Notes under the pieces: model-generated
What the model was told of the DNA's origin: nothing
The model's input: the letters and a program-made list of their open reading frames with translations, nothing else
The model's database searches: none
In this document: piece after piece, positions 12,331 to 27,607 of the stretch
Position numbering within the stretch: the first letter of the stretch is position 1
Layout: each line of letters opens with the position of its first letter
Translations under genes and position numbers: made by a program
Source: Octopus bimaculoides
Lineage: Eukaryota
Reading direction: 5' to 3'
DNA length: 62,968 bases
NCBI RefSeq assembly: GCF_001194135.2
Contig: NC_068995.1
Location: forward strand, 23,417,170-23,480,137

Positions 12331-14149
12331 ATCATCTAGAGTAATTTGTCTTTTATTCACATGGAAACAAAAGTAATCAACTATTCCGCACTGATTGATA
12401 CGAGGTTCATTCGAGAACCTATATATTCCGTAGGGCGTTTTTTATTTACAATTACAAATATTTTCCGACACACCTACAATAAAGTATTTAGGAAGATAAT
12501 TAAAACTCATCGTTTATTTTAAACATAAAAGTAAACACAATGTAATTTTTATGTTTCGTTTCCTCAGATTTTAATTTTGTTTCTAATCAAATTGAACAGA
12601 AATATGGGATGATTTTTAATATCTGGAAAGTAATAGAATCTTTCTACAATAGAACCGTTATTTTAATGATATATTTCGCGTGTATAATTTCTTCGATTGA
12701 GAGAACACTATTTGGGTTAAACGGAAGATATGAACTGAGTAGCAAAAGTCATAATACCGAAATTTAGTTCTAATACAATTTTGAAATCTATTTAGGTTGT
12801 TTTGTCCGAGGTCAATCTTAATCAAAGGACTTATTATCAAACGCAATTACTAAATTTTTAGCCATCACATTTGGGACGCATGCCTACATACTCGCCTACA
12901 TGTGTACGTGCATACAAAAATACACATGTGCGCACGTATATAGAAATATTTTAATTTTTAACTAACTAGTTTGTGATCTGGATGACCACGTCAGAACGAC
13001 CTCACTGCCTCGAGAGCCAGCATAATGCACCGTGTGATGGAAAGAATGATTGAATATAATTATTTTAGATTTGATGTGATAAAATTTTTTATTCATAAAA
13101 CGGAATTCTCTAGTATATCCCATCTACACATTTGGATATGTGTAAAAAACCAAACTCACATTAATACGTCAACTTGATAATGGATACTACTATAATCAGC
13201 AAAGAACTGAACCAAATATATTTTTAAATATTTGATTACGACTCGTTGTTATATCTTTTTTTCATGGTGTAGTCTAGAAAAAAGGTAAGGTACATGATTA
13301 CTTTCATATGAACTGGTGATATTTATACATAATAATCTTAGTTAAAATGTGTTCATTTAGATCTCTTGTATGAGGACAAATTGGAGCATGTCACGTACTG
13401 AAGCATATTTAATCCTCTATGCGCTTAAAGTAATATCCGAATAGAGCTTTCCATTATGAAGTGGAATCATATGGAAGTGAGCTTACAAACACATTGAGAA
13501 TAATTCTCCTGAGTATTCAGCAATATTAAAATCATTACGTATTTGAGTAATCGCATCATTAATGCTTTCCATTGACAATGGTTCCATACAAGTTATATTC
13601 ACAGTTCCACCTACTTGTAAATACATTATCACTGACATAAGGTGCGACCCCGCCACGTGGCACAGAAAGCCCATTCGGACATAGCCCCTATTCACAAAAT
13701 AAACTTTCACACATGACTAAGTATTTCCAGACTGGTAAAACCTCGTTGTCCTACACGTATTTGAAAGTTTCACTCACTCATAGTTGTTTCTTGAACTATA
13801 TTTGTTCAGTGTTTTCTGAAGTACGGTTCGTAAACAATCGAGAAATTAAATGAATCTGGGAAATATAAAACGTTTCACAACGGGATAAGGGTATTTCTCC
13901 GGGAATAGCTGCTTTGTTCACATCTGCCGGAGCTACGAAGAGAAATTAATGTTGCAAAAAAAAGAAAAAAGTCTCATCAGTGTATATGAGGCAACATACC
14001 CAGATGCATGACTTCTTTTCAGAGACAAGATTTTTTTTATGGTACAAGAAACAGTAATTACAAATATGAAGTTCTTTAAGAATTTCAAGATGGTAAATAT
14101 ATTGAGAAGCAGCAATGGACGAATGGGAATAATCAGGAGATAAAATTTC

Positions 14150-15330
14150 CGGACGAAAAAAAATGATTTTGTGGCATGTTAGGAGTTACCGTAATTCATT
14201 CAAAGAAAATGAAATACCCTTTACTTTTCCGAACAAAAATAAGGGCGATGAAGCACATTAGGTTGTCAGGGTACTTGATTCTACGCATAAAATCCGATAT
14301 TTTGTTTTTTATCTTAGTGAAACTCGTGCGGGTGTAATTCCCAAAATTTACCAAATAATCTAATGTATTTTACTATTGACCAAATATTTTTTATATCCGT
14401 TTTTTACCCTCCTTGTATTCTTCAGCATTTTGAATTACCTGCAGATCTGTCACTTCTGCATAACATCAGAACATCTCTTCCAATCTATCGAATTGTTGCT
14501 CTAGGGCACTACCCGGCCAATGCTGCAGGAAGGCTGTAGCTTTTCCACAGGTTGGTACCCCAACTTATCATTCACTTATGTTGATAGTGCTGCGGATGAG
14601 GACAATCTCTCACTATTTTTCCGTGGTCATCATTGCAGCAGCAACCGTTAATCCTGTTGCTGTGGCAAAAGCAGCAACCATGGGCTTCTTTCTGACCGTT
14701 TGTATAACATGAGTTTCATTTACTTCCGTGTTAACTGTTGGCTGTGCTGCTACCACTTTTATTTTATTTTCTCTTACCCATTCTTCAACAGAGAAAACAG
14801 TTGTATTTCATACTCACTACACATACAGCAACATCAGCCATTCTGCTTTGCTTTCTTTTATATATATTTAGGCAAACCGTAAGCATGTCGGAGATCAGTA
14901 AGATCTGTACATTATCTGATTACATCTGATTGCATGTCACATCTGAGCTAATGATTTGCCTGTAATATGCGACAAAGTTGAGATCTAGCCAGTAATCTAG
15001 GCCAAATATAGCGGCCAATGAACTCTTCTTTCTTCCTCTATACTTCGGTTATACCTTGTTGATGGGGTGAGGCGCATTAACCCTTCCAGTTTTCTGAGCG
15101 AGTCTTCCGTCTTAAACAAACGACATACGTTTCCGTCAACTCCTGGAGAGTAATTAAATTTTTCCTTAGAATTAGGCAGGGCTCACTTAGGTCATTCTTT
15201 TATGATATGTAAAACCCTCTTCTGTGACATATTTTCCCTTTTATAGCAATAGGTTTACACGTCATACCACTTGTGATGTTAACACCAGATACCATTTCTT
15301 GTTGCACTTGATATAGTAGCTCTATTTATT
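14150..15330 (-). mobile_element. Highly decayed Gypsy-like gag/RT relic
   Basis: Minus-strand LIFVRKSKRVFHFL*MNYGNS (about 14190-14250) resembles the Gypsy RT motif IVLVRKKDG..RFCVDYRKLN. A degenerate knuckle-like ..DHGKIVRDCP lies upstream at about 14595-14640. Recognition by eye only. Confidence 0.35.
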
Positions 15331-15925
15331 TTTGTTACTGCTTTTTTTGTTACTGCCTTAAAAATTCCTAAAATATATAAAATTATATTAGCACTTTATT
15401 ACTATGACTTCATACTAACATACTCCTTGTAAAATTGCAGCAACATCTTTGCGAAGAAGTTACTTGAAATAAATGAGACATTTAAAGCATATTTACTGAA
15501 AAGACAAATATTTCAATGATACAATGTTGACAACATAGTTTACAGGGAAGTAAGATAATATAAGATAAATTACTACAGTATCAACTATTACAGCTTTTTA
15601 TACCACATACAATCCATTAGTACTAACTGTCACACTAAAATGTAAGTGGGAATTGATAATTGTATATCAAAGAGCACCGGGATCGTAATATGTTTGGAAA
15701 CGAAAGCTTGATTTTTTTTTTAACATTTTACGCCGAATGAAAATAATTTGAAAGGAAATTTGGAGAAGGAAATCATTGATTTGTTTACAACGTTAGTTCA
15801 AGTTGATTAGTAGTCAATTCAATTATCTACCTATCTATCATCAATTTGTCTTGTCCATCTATTTCTCTATGTATAGAGAGATGGTGAATGAGAAGGCAAG
15901 TCAGGAGTGCGAGAAGCATATATAA

Positions 15926-15969
<44 letters not shown>

Positions 15970-16205
15970 NNNNNNNNNNNNNNNNNNNNNNNNNNNNNNN
16001 NNNNNNNNNNNNNNNNNNNNNNNNNNNNNNNNNNNNNNNNNNNNNNNNNNNNNNNNNNNNNNNNNNNNNNNNNNNNNNNNNNNNNNNNNNNNNNNNNNNN
16101 NNNNNNNNNNNNNNNNNNNNNNNNNNNNNNNNNNNNNNNNNNNNNNNNNNNNNNNNNNNNNNNNNNNNNNNNNNNNNNNNNNNNNNNNNNNNNNNNNNNN
16201 NNNNN
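15970..16205. other. Assembly gap within (TA)n
   Basis: N run flanked by TA repeats on both sides. Confidence 1.
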
Positions 16206-16249
<44 letters not shown>

Positions 16250-17147
16250 TATATTCATACACAAACACACATACACATATAAATGCAAACATATACACAT
16301 ATTTGTGCGTGTGTGTACATAGCTGAATAATTGAGAAACGGAGATCATTTCAATTTATAATTAACTTTTATATTTATTTTTGTCGCTTTATATATTTTAA
16401 TTCCACTGCTGAGATATTAAGATTTTCTGCTTCGTTAAAATATATTAAATGGTGCGTTACTTATGAATTTCAGATGTAATCATAATTTCCTATATTAAAC
16501 CAAATCATTTCTACTGAAACTTGTTTATTCTGCCGATTGATTAAGTCTATATTGATTTATTCACGGTCAGATTCCTCGCATAAAACATTTGGAAATTCTC
16601 CGGTAATTTCTCTTTTCCAAAGTCGAATTCTATAGAAGAATGAACATTTTATTAATGAACGATCTTGTGAGAATTTTCACTTCCATCCGAAAATGATATT
16701 TCACTTCTTGTAACAATTAAAACATATCTTTTAGTCAATATTTGCTTCAATATACCGAAGCACATGAATCACCAGTAGATAATCCTAAATGATGTTTACC
16801 TACGTGCCGGAGTGCTGTGGGTTCGTATTACCGCATATGAACTAGCCTATGGTTATCATAAAACAGCACGACGTTCGAGTGCATCTATTTGTAAATGGCT
16901 TTGACATATACAGTCGCGTATTGACTGAAATAAGTCCTGATCGAGCAGACTTTTGTGCAAATGTATTGCAACAGTAACCATTCCGGCTGTTAGTACTTCA
17001 TACACTGTATGAAGTACCATCATCATCCAGATCCACTAACATTATTCAAATCTAGAATCACGGAGTGATTCTAGGAAGAGGTGTTTATTATTTCTAGCAC
17101 GTTGGTTGTCCTGTTAGAATATCTCGTTGTTACAAATGACTAGTTTC

Positions 17148-17180
17148 TATAAAAGGGGAAACGCGTGAGTGAAATCATAC
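17148..17180 (+). promoter_or_regulatory. TATA box plus Inr-like core promoter
   Basis: TATAAAAGGGG at 17148 and TCATAC at 17175, giving canonical spacing of about 29 bp. Confidence 0.35.
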
Positions 17181-17579
17181 AAGTGGTCACCGAGACAAAT
17201 GAATCGTTATTATTGTATATATCTAAAGAAAGAATGGTACATAACTTCACATAGTATAAGATTTAAAAGTATACAAAATATATCACACAATTCACATCAG
17301 GTAATGACTCTACTTAATTCTACTTCTCTTTTGTATATCATAACTAAATTCGTCATAAATCAATTGATTAACCATTGATACCAAGAAAAATATCAAATTC
17401 CTCATGTGTTCTGTAAAGGAGAGAGAAGTTTTTACAATAGGACTTCTTTATCCTTATTCTGTTTCAGTGTACGTAATAACGAAATTTGAGACTTTTGTGA
17501 GATTGATATTATGTCAGTAGATTTCAGTAGATTTCAGTATATCAATGTGCGTTTCAGTGAATCTATAAATATACATACG

Positions 17580-17691
17580 ATACACACACACACACACAAC
17601 ACACATACACACAAGCATACATACAAACATACAAGCACTCATACGCACANNNNNNNNNNAGCATACATACAAACATACAAGCACTCATACG

Positions 17692-17760
<69 letters not shown>
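17580..17760. repeat. (CA)n-rich microsatellite with a small gap
   Basis: CA/CATA runs. Confidence 0.95.
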
Positions 17761-17766
<6 letters not shown>

Positions 17767-18693
17767 GCAGGTGTACTAGTGTGGCAGATTGGTATTCATA
17801 TATATGGTTGTGACGTATACTAATGTATTTATGTGAATGTAAGCGTGTACGTCTGTGGAGATGCGTATGTGTGCATGTGTGTGCGTGTACCTGAGAGGGA
17901 ATCTAAAGATACGTAGCAGTTCTGCTAATTTAAGCTGTATTTAAATGGAGAAATAGGGAAACCCGAGGATGGTAACAAATAAATGTGTAGTCTTCAATAG
18001 ATCATCCAGTAAGAAATTTGTAAGCATGTAATTGTGAGTATTTCTGGGTGCAAGTTACCATTTTAGTTTTATGTTGGAATATTATGTAATAATATAGAGT
18101 TAATGTTTGATTTTAATACATGATGCGATATTTCCAAATACCTAAATATAGTTTTCTTCAGTTAGCAGTGTGCATTTGGTATTTATATTTTATCTCTGTG
18201 CAACATGTGAGCTCTTTGAAGTTACTTTTAGTATGTACTATTGATGTGTTGCTTAAATTCTGATATGGTACTAGGAACAATTCAATTGAAACACATTTTT
18301 TATTTAATTCCCACATTGAAGAATAGTTTTGTATGAAGTGGTTGCATAATGATGTGATGTTTAGTGGTAAGTGCATTAAGACCAACAAAATATTAAGAGT
18401 AGATGTGTGTGATATATAAGTTTCTATATGTGCATGTGTGTGTTATGTGCTGGCGTGCAAGCGCATGTGTGGTGCGGGCATGTAGCTGTACACTTATTTT
18501 CATACTTGTGAATATATGAGAATACTCCCATTATTTTCTCTGAAATGAAAGACAATGCAGATTTTTGTATTCCCACAACAAATTCTTTATATATCATTAA
18601 GTAGTGTACTTTTGAAGGACATAAGTAAGCTTCTGAAAAACATCACGTTTAAACATTTATATTTAATAAATATATGCAGACACTGAAACACGC

Positions 18694-18695
<2 letters not shown>

Positions 18696-18755
<60 letters not shown>

Positions 18756-18759
18756 GTGC

Positions 18760-18795
<36 letters not shown>
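18696..18795. repeat. (TG)n microsatellite
   Basis: Long TG run. Confidence 0.98.
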
Positions 18796-18798
<3 letters not shown>

Positions 18799-18824
18799 AG
18801 AAAAGGCTTGCAGAACTAAGAATT

Positions 18825-18980
18825 TCGATTAAATTCGACCTCAGTATTCAACGGGCACTTATTTTCTAGATCCCGAAAGGATTAAAGCCAAATTGGACTT
18901 CGGCGAAATTTGAACTCAGAACGTGAAAACGGACGAAATACCGTTAAGCATTTTGACCAGACTGCTAAGGATGTTGCCGA
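18825..18980 (-). mobile_element. tRNA-derived SINE fragment (family also at 18996, 48635, 52947)
   Basis: Minus strand reads ..ATGCTTAACGGTATTTCGTCCGTTTTCACGTTCTGAGTTCAAATTTCGCCGAAGTCCAATTTGGCTTTAATCCTTTCGGGATCTAGAAAATAAGTGCC; B-box-like GAGTTCAAATT. Confidence 0.8.
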
Positions 18981-18995
18981 ACAAAATTCTTAACA

Positions 18996-19082
18996 GCATT
19001 TCGTCCGTCTTTACGTTCTGAGCTCAGATCAACTTTACATTTCATTCTTTCAGTGTCGATAAAATAAGCACCAGTTGATCGA
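18996..19082 (+). mobile_element. Second fragment of the same SINE, opposite orientation
   Basis: GCATTTCGTCCGTCTTTACGTTCTGAG..TTCATTCTTTCAGTGTCGATAAAATAAGCACCAG. Confidence 0.75.
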
Positions 19083-19278
19083 TATGCATATATATATATA
19101 CATTACCTCTTTCCCACCTTCGATCACTTTGTTGTTTACATTAGACGTATTCGGATATGGAACGTCGTAACAAATCAGTGCTGGTTATTATTTCTTTTGA
19201 AAATCCGTACATACATACATATAAATATATATATATGCATACATCCCTCCACACACATACATGCAAATATACATACAC

Positions 19279-19360
<82 letters not shown>
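19279..19360. repeat. (GATA)n microsatellite
   Basis: Pure tetranucleotide run. Confidence 0.98.
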
Positions 19361-19361
<1 letters not shown>

Positions 19362-19504
19362 TGTATGTATATGTATATGTATAAATATATTGATATATAT
19401 AGGCATGTATGCATTATGTGAAATATGTTTATAATTCTCTACGTTCATACCTAGATACATCCATATACATATGTATATAGGTGTCTGAGTGTATGTAAGT
19501 ATCA

Positions 19505-19646
<142 letters not shown>

Positions 19647-20658
19647 ACATGTTTTCTGTATATACGTCAACGATTTAGTGTAAGTACACGCTAAAGTTTG
19701 TTTCAGTGAAATAATTCATATTGCTATGGTTATGAAAGTCCATCCACCTATTGCACTGTGAGTGAAAAGAGATTTTACTTTAGGATAAATGTGTATCTGT
19801 AAATGGACATTGTAAGTATATACTATTCCGTTCTTATGTAGGCAAATTAAAATTCCACTTTCACATAAATGTAGCAATCCAATGTATCATTAGAACGACA
19901 CAATATCGACACAATCGATGTTAAATTTTATATGAATTCAATATTTCTTTTGTTAAAGTGAAAGTTTATAACTAAGTTGAATATTCATAACTTTGCTAGA
20001 TCTGATTGATGTAAACTTTCCTTTATTTTGCGCATTATGTTTAATAGTCATTTCATCATATTTATAATATAGTAATATCAAAAGGATTCTACATCGTTTT
20101 CTATTGCTCTCAACTACTATTATACTTACTATAAAAGAATCATAATACAGTTTATGCTCTCAAAAGTGCTGTTGCTATTTCTTACATTTCTTCTACATGA
20201 ATTGAGTTAAAATGATCGTTTTTCAACGAAAGACTTCTGTACCTAATACTGACACATTGCCATTAAAACTAGAATAAAGCATCCCATTATACAACAACTT
20301 TTATCAGCTTATTATGCTTCCGATTTATCTGTAGTTTAAAAAAATAGAAATTAATTAGACAGACTCAGCAGAACATTGAAATAAAGACAGAAAGCATTTC
20401 AACCTCCACCTGATGGATTGATTTTGATTTCCCAATTGCAAGATCCATCAAAGTTAATTACATCTAGCTGTATCATTCAAGATGAAATTCAAGTGACTAT
20501 AACCATTCTTATATATTATCAAACACAAAGTATAATTATTTCGAAGAATCGATATATTATCAATGCTTCGAAATAATTATACACGTATGCGCACACAGAC
20601 ACAAACACAAGCACACACACATGCACTCTTATATATATATAGTTATGGTATATGCTGT

Positions 20659-20850
20659 TTAGAATGTAGGAACTGACCGTAGCACTTTGGTGAGGTTCTG
20701 ATAGAACAGCTCTCTCTGCCCCAGAGTGTAGTTCGCGGTGGGGGCGTAAGCACTGATGTGTGACAAGTGCATCTTGCCTTGGAGAGAAATTCTCATCACC
20801 ATCAGGCGGTCGCTGATTCCAGAAAGAAAATTTTCTGGCTTCAAGTTTCT
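20659..20850 (-). mobile_element. RTE-type LINE AP-endonuclease fragment
   Basis: ISDRLMVMRISL..HISAYAPT..FYQNL, a characteristic APE segment. Confidence 0.85.
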
Positions 20851-20854
20851 TGTT

Positions 20855-22166
<1,312 letters not shown>

Positions 22167-23106
22167 CATTATTATTAATTTTAAGACTTTTCTGCGGTTC
22201 ATTATGTCTTCTTTTAACGTAAACTCTTAGTATAGCGTTCATAGCATCTTTCCCAAAACAGCTCCCTCTAAACTAACGTTCTTGTTTCTAACGGTCATTT
22301 AACTTAGCTGTATAGTGTTAGTCCTCGTACGTATCCTTAGCATTCAGCACAAGTCTTGCATTTGTAAAATGGTTCCCTGATAATAAAATTATATGTATAA
22401 ACCAGCATCTCTTATTCCTTTGAAGGAGAGTGCATATAATTTTTGAAACATGTGTAGGAATTAAAGGAACTTATTGAATATATGCGTTTAGCTCCATTTA
22501 TTATTATTCTTTATATATATGTACATATACTTATATGAACTTTGATAATTTTATTTATACGTTATAATTTTACCTTACTTATATTTATCGATCCGCAATC
22601 ATCTATAATTTGTACTTTATTTATTGCTCTAGTTTTATTTACTTTACTTTATCCATAATAATATTCTAATCAATCTGTAAAAACCCTTCACCCGAGCATA
22701 TAATGATACAAATCATAAGCCGTAATATTTAGGCTGCTGAAGTGAACTAATAAGTTCACATATAACATCCCAAGGTACAGCTTATTTTTTTCTTTTGTTT
22801 TCTCTTCCTCTCTGATAAAATTCTGCTCATGTCACGTAAATGCAAATTTAATGTAGAAATTTGTGATTAAACTACTGAGTATTAGTTGTGACGGGTGTAA
22901 AATGAGGAGATGACCAATTTGTTTGCAATAAATAATTAACTTTCTTATCTCCATTTTCTTTTCTTTTAACTGGATATAATCTATATGCATAATATATACT
23001 TATTATTTTAAGGGATTTTCATTCCCCTAGAATACTAAGTATTGAACCAGTATTTCTTTGGATGCAACCATCTCTTCATGAGGTTAACATATGCTCCAAT
23101 TAAATA

Positions 23107-23574
23107 NNNNNNNNNNNNNNNNNNNNNNNNNNNNNNNNNNNNNNNNNNNNNNNNNNNNNNNNNNNNNNNNNNNNNNNNNNNNNNNNNNNNNNNNNNNNNN
23201 NNNNNNNNNNNNNNNNNNNNNNNNNNNNNNNNNNNNNNNNNNNNNNNNNNNNNNNNNNNNNNNNNNNNNNNNNNNNNNNNNNNNNNNNNNNNNNNNNNNN
23301 NNNNNNNNNNNNNNNNNNNNNNNNNNNNNNNNNNNNNNNNNNNNNNNNNNNNNNNNNNNNNNNNNNNNNNNNNNNNNNNNNNNNNNNNNNNNNNNNNNNN
23401 NNNNNNNNNNNNNNNNNNNNNNNNNNNNNNNNNNNNNNNNNNNNNNNNNNNNNNNNNNNNNNNNNNNNNNNNNNNNNNNNNNNNNNNNNNNNNNNNNNNN
23501 NNNNNNNNNNNNNNNNNNNNNNNNNNNNNNNNNNNNNNNNNNNNNNNNNNNNNNNNNNNNNNNNNNNNNNNNNN
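23107..23574. other. Assembly gap
   Basis: N run followed by (TG)n. Confidence 1.
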
Positions 23575-23629
23575 TGTGTGTGTGTGTGTGTGTATGTATG
23601 CATGTATGTATGTATGAGTGTGAGAGTGT

Positions 23630-23810
23630 CCCCAACCGATGTTTGTGTGTTTCCATCCCCGTAACCTAGCGGTTTGGCAATAAAGACCGATTGAATAATT
23701 ACTAGAATTGCAAAGAATAAGTCTTGGAGTCGATTTGTTCGACTAAACGCGGTGCTCCATCATAGCCGCAGTCAAATGACTGAAACAAGTAAAAGAATAA
23801 AAGAATATAT
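23630..23810 (+). mobile_element. SINE 3' module, with a further fragment at about 23945-24005
   Basis: CAACCGATG..CCCCGTAACCTAGCGGTT..GCGGTGCTCCA..GTCAAATGACTGAAACAAGTAAAAGAATAAAAGAA; matches 1145-1335 in reverse. Confidence 0.8.
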
Positions 23811-25224
23811 ATATAAAAGTATTTATGTGTGCATGTGTGTGTCATTGTGCCAGTGATTCTACTCCAACACCACTTGACAAGTGGTATTAGTATATTTACA
23901 TCAGGCTTTCTCATATGTATTTGGGTCACTTCGTTTATCTAATGTTCTCCAAGGCGGTGCTCCAGCATGGCCGTACGCTAATGACTGAATCAAGTAAAAC
24001 AATAAATGAATAAGTAGATGAAAATAGGTTGTCGGGTAAGAAAGAATAAAATAGGAACTCAAAATTATGGTAGCTGTGGAAATAAGAGTATGGTTCGGGA
24101 AAAGGTAATTATTTGTTCAATTGATATTCGACATACTTTTTATATCAAAGAATATCATCAGCAATTATAATGAATGAGTAACCAGCACGTAGAATTCTAT
24201 TAATGTAGCTGTTATAGTTGTACCAGTCTCTCTTAAAATAGGTGACAGCGCAAAATGTCCTCCTCTAGCACAAAGTTTCTTAAATTTTTAGTATCATAAA
24301 CCTCATTTTCTTAGTAACCCCAATTGTAACATCATTAATACATCTAAAACAGAGTTAGAAATAATTAAGAACTTGGTAGAATTGATTTTACATAAAATAA
24401 AAACTGTTATGGGTCAATAGTACGTCGGTTATAAAATTAACGATTTTAACAGTAGATTTACTTTATTTGATATTGATTTTTTTCCTTTTGTTTTGCCACG
24501 GAAACAAACGCCTATATTCAAAGAAATTAAATATAAATAAACATTACACAATGTGTGTGCAGTTTTAGAACAAAGAGCAAAAATAATAAAACGAAATTGG
24601 GTTTAGATTAAAATGTCAGAAATTTATCTACACGTATACAAAGTGAATGGAGGATAGTTAATTGTTTACCCAACCAGTGAGTAGTTTATCAGTAATTTAT
24701 ATAACAGAATCGAACACTTTTGCTAAATGTCAAAAAATCCTGTCTTCTTTACTTGTACAGCTGATTGTTTAAAATGGAGAGGGGCAAAGCCTGGTCTGAC
24801 ATCAACGAAGCCATGACGTGGTAGCACTCAAAAAGAACAGTTTCCAAATTATTCTTTTCCCGAAATTCTCCTTTTCTCGAAATTTTCCCGTAATTTTCTT
24901 TCTCAAATAATTTCATAATTCGGGAAACGAAATCAGAAAAATCAAATTACACTGAATAAAACTATTATATCTATACATTTAGACATATAATCCTTACAGT
25001 TACATTTATGGAATATTATATTATGCCTATGCAATTTCTAAAAAAATGATGGAATAACAAGAACCAATTTTACCTTGATCATACGGTAAGAGAGTGATGT
25101 AGTAAGGTATAAATCGCGGAGCTGAAAGGTACTTACTTTTTTGTTGATATGGATTGTGGAACTCTATTAAAAATTCTAATATATTCCTTGCCTAGAATCC
25201 TGTAAAGTAAATAATTTTACTTTT

Positions 25225-26290
25225 ATCGGTAGTCATTTACCGTCTTTGGTCGTGGAGATGAAGCGGATAGTATGCCGGAGTAGTAATATGCTCCAATGCA
25301 TGCATTTCACAAAAGTTCTTAAAGTCCCTGGACGTGAACTGTGTTGCGTTATCAGACACAATAGTGTCTGGGCGTCATATCCACGACTTTTAGATAATAT
25401 CACCCATTTAACGGTCCTGCAAAGTCTATGTGTAATTTTGACCAAGGTACGTCAGTGTTGAGCCATGGTTGAAATTTTACAGCCTTTGGTGCCAGGGCAC
25501 AATCCCTGCAGGCTTTCACCAATTTTTCAGTATCCTGATCCATATCCGGCCAGTAAACATAGCTTCTCATCAGTGCTTTTATTCTCGCGATTTCTGGCTG
25601 TTCCACGTGGAATTCTTTTAACATATGGTCTTGCAAAGAAACAAGTATTACAACCCTTTGAGCGAACATAAGTACGTTGTCACATATCGAATATCACTCC
25701 GAAACTTTGTTACGCTTGGTTACATGAGTTTTTGTATTTGTTTCAAACTTCACTCTTTTTTCCTTTTTAATATCAACGCCTCCTTTTCTGCTTTAATTTT
25801 CATTTCTTCTAAAGTGACAAGTAGTTCACGCACTACGTTGCAGATTATATTTTGTATTTCGATTTCGGCCTTTTATGCGGCTATTACCGTGTCCTCTAAC
25901 GGTTAATTATATTTAGAAATCAATCTTGACAGCTTATCCACGTGTCCGAATTTTATGGATGGTAGATACCCTTTTTTTATTCGAATATTGAGAATAATGG
26001 GCGGTGATCTGTTTGCAGACTGAATTCCCTTCAAGGTATGAATTTGTGAATTTTTTCCCGCAAAAATAATGGCTGGTTTCTCATTCTCAATTTGGCTGTA
26101 GTTTTTTTTTTTCAGCTGCCAACAATGAACGTGAAGCTCGAGCGATGGGTTTTACGCTACCATTTTCAAACATGTGTTAAATTACCTCTGCTATACCACT
26201 TTCGTTAGCATCTGATGCTACTACAAGTTTTTAATTTGGATCTAAGTGCGATAATGTCAGTTCCGATTTTAAAACTTTTCAAAATTTCTT
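25225..26290 (-). mobile_element. Gypsy/Ty3 pol relic: RNase H, integrase zinc domain, integrase core
   Basis: VVASDANESG..PIARASRSLLAAE..YSQIE..QTDHRPL (RNase H); RSYVYWPDMDQD..CRDC..PWSKLHIDFAGPLNG; PDTIVSDNATQFTSRDFKNFC..HITTPAY. Stops and internal deletions. Confidence 0.92.
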
Positions 26291-27560
26291 CAAACGCTTT
26301 TTGACATCTTTCTGGCCAATACAATTTTACGCCTTTTTTCAATAGTTTGTTTAGGGGCGCTCTTAGCTAATGCCTGTTTGGTATGTATGTTTGATAATAG
26401 TTCACGAGCCCCAAGAACGCTTGTAATGTAAAATTTTTCGGGGTAGGCATATATTTCATTGCCATCGATTTTGAAGGATCTTGCCTGCAACCATTTTGTC
26501 TGCATTCGTATCTCTTCTTGTGCATTCGTCTTTAAGCTTTTTGTGGTTTTCGGTGGACGAGAACGAGAACTTTTTTTCCTTTTCCTTCCTGCAACTAACA
26601 TTTCCTCATCACTTACTTCTGTAGATGTGGACGGTCCAGCTTCCTCCGGCGCGCAATTCTCCTTCTCCACTGTCTTCTCCGCTTCTTTCTGCTTCTCTTC
26701 CTCCTCACCTGGATCTTCCTCGTTCGGTTTCTTTTCTTGTTCCTTTGGTTCATCCTCTTTTTTCCCCTGTGCTTCAGGTTGAAGGGCCTGAGAGCACATT
26801 TTCCATATATGCCCCTTCAGTCTGCAATCAAAACATCTTGAGATTTCTGCCCAGGACCGAGACTCTGCGGCAGAATTATAAATTCTGGAATTTCCTCCAG
26901 TTCCGCGGGTGATGCTTGAATTGTCACCCGAGGACACCCGCCACACAGGTTCTGCATATTTTTATCTTTGGACTCCAGCATTATCACCTCTTACTTGATA
27001 TTGGAGCAAGCGGCTGCCAGAACCCACGCTGATCTAATTTCAGGTAGATTTTTGTGGTTCTTTTGCCAAGGTATGACGGTAAAAGAGCCAGTTCGTTCGT
27101 CTGCAGGGTGATCGCAGAATCATCCCTAGCGTCGTATTCCGACATGAATTGTACCTCCACAGTACCGAATTTCCTTCCTCTTTTCATGAACAAAATAGGA
27201 TTTAGATCCTTCTCAATTTCTTCGGTAGACGCTATCTCTATTTTCTTTGCTTTAGTAGATGGTGTTCTATAAATTATTGTTTTTTTTTGTGGGGGTGCTT
27301 CTTCTGTGACTCCTTTGTGGGGAAGTCAATTTCCCGTTTGCTCCGTCTCGCCGAAGAATTGGTTGAAAATTTTCCACGGCCTCTGGCCTGATGCTGTATC
27401 TTCTTTGCTTTCTACCGACTGTTGCTGCAGGACCTTCCACACTTTCTTCCGAGTCGCTTTCGTACTCCGAGTCTACGCTCTCCAGGAGCTCCAACACTTC
27501 ATACAAATCACCAGTCATTTTGTACTGGCACAGTTCCCACACAAAATGGAAATGATTCGC
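26290..27560 (-). mobile_element. L1/Tx1-type ORF1 (RRM-like domain plus CCHC knuckle) relic without ORF2
   Basis: Three frameshifted pieces: MTGDLYEVLELLES..; IEKDLNPILFMKRGRKFGTVEVQF (RNP1-like); CFDCRLKGHIWKMC (exact CX2CX4HX4C) followed by an acidic/basic tail. Confidence 0.75.
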
Positions 27561-27607
27561 CCCTAACGGGAGAACAGCAGGTGATCCAAACCTGTTCATG
27601 CGAACAA

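Noticed and set aside
11191-12376. Long ORFs of 350-380 aa (and similar ones at 15.8-16.3, 23.0-23.7, 38.2-38.6, 51.7-52.4 and 54.9-56.0 kb)
   Set aside because: They are open only because they cross N runs and stop-free microsatellites.
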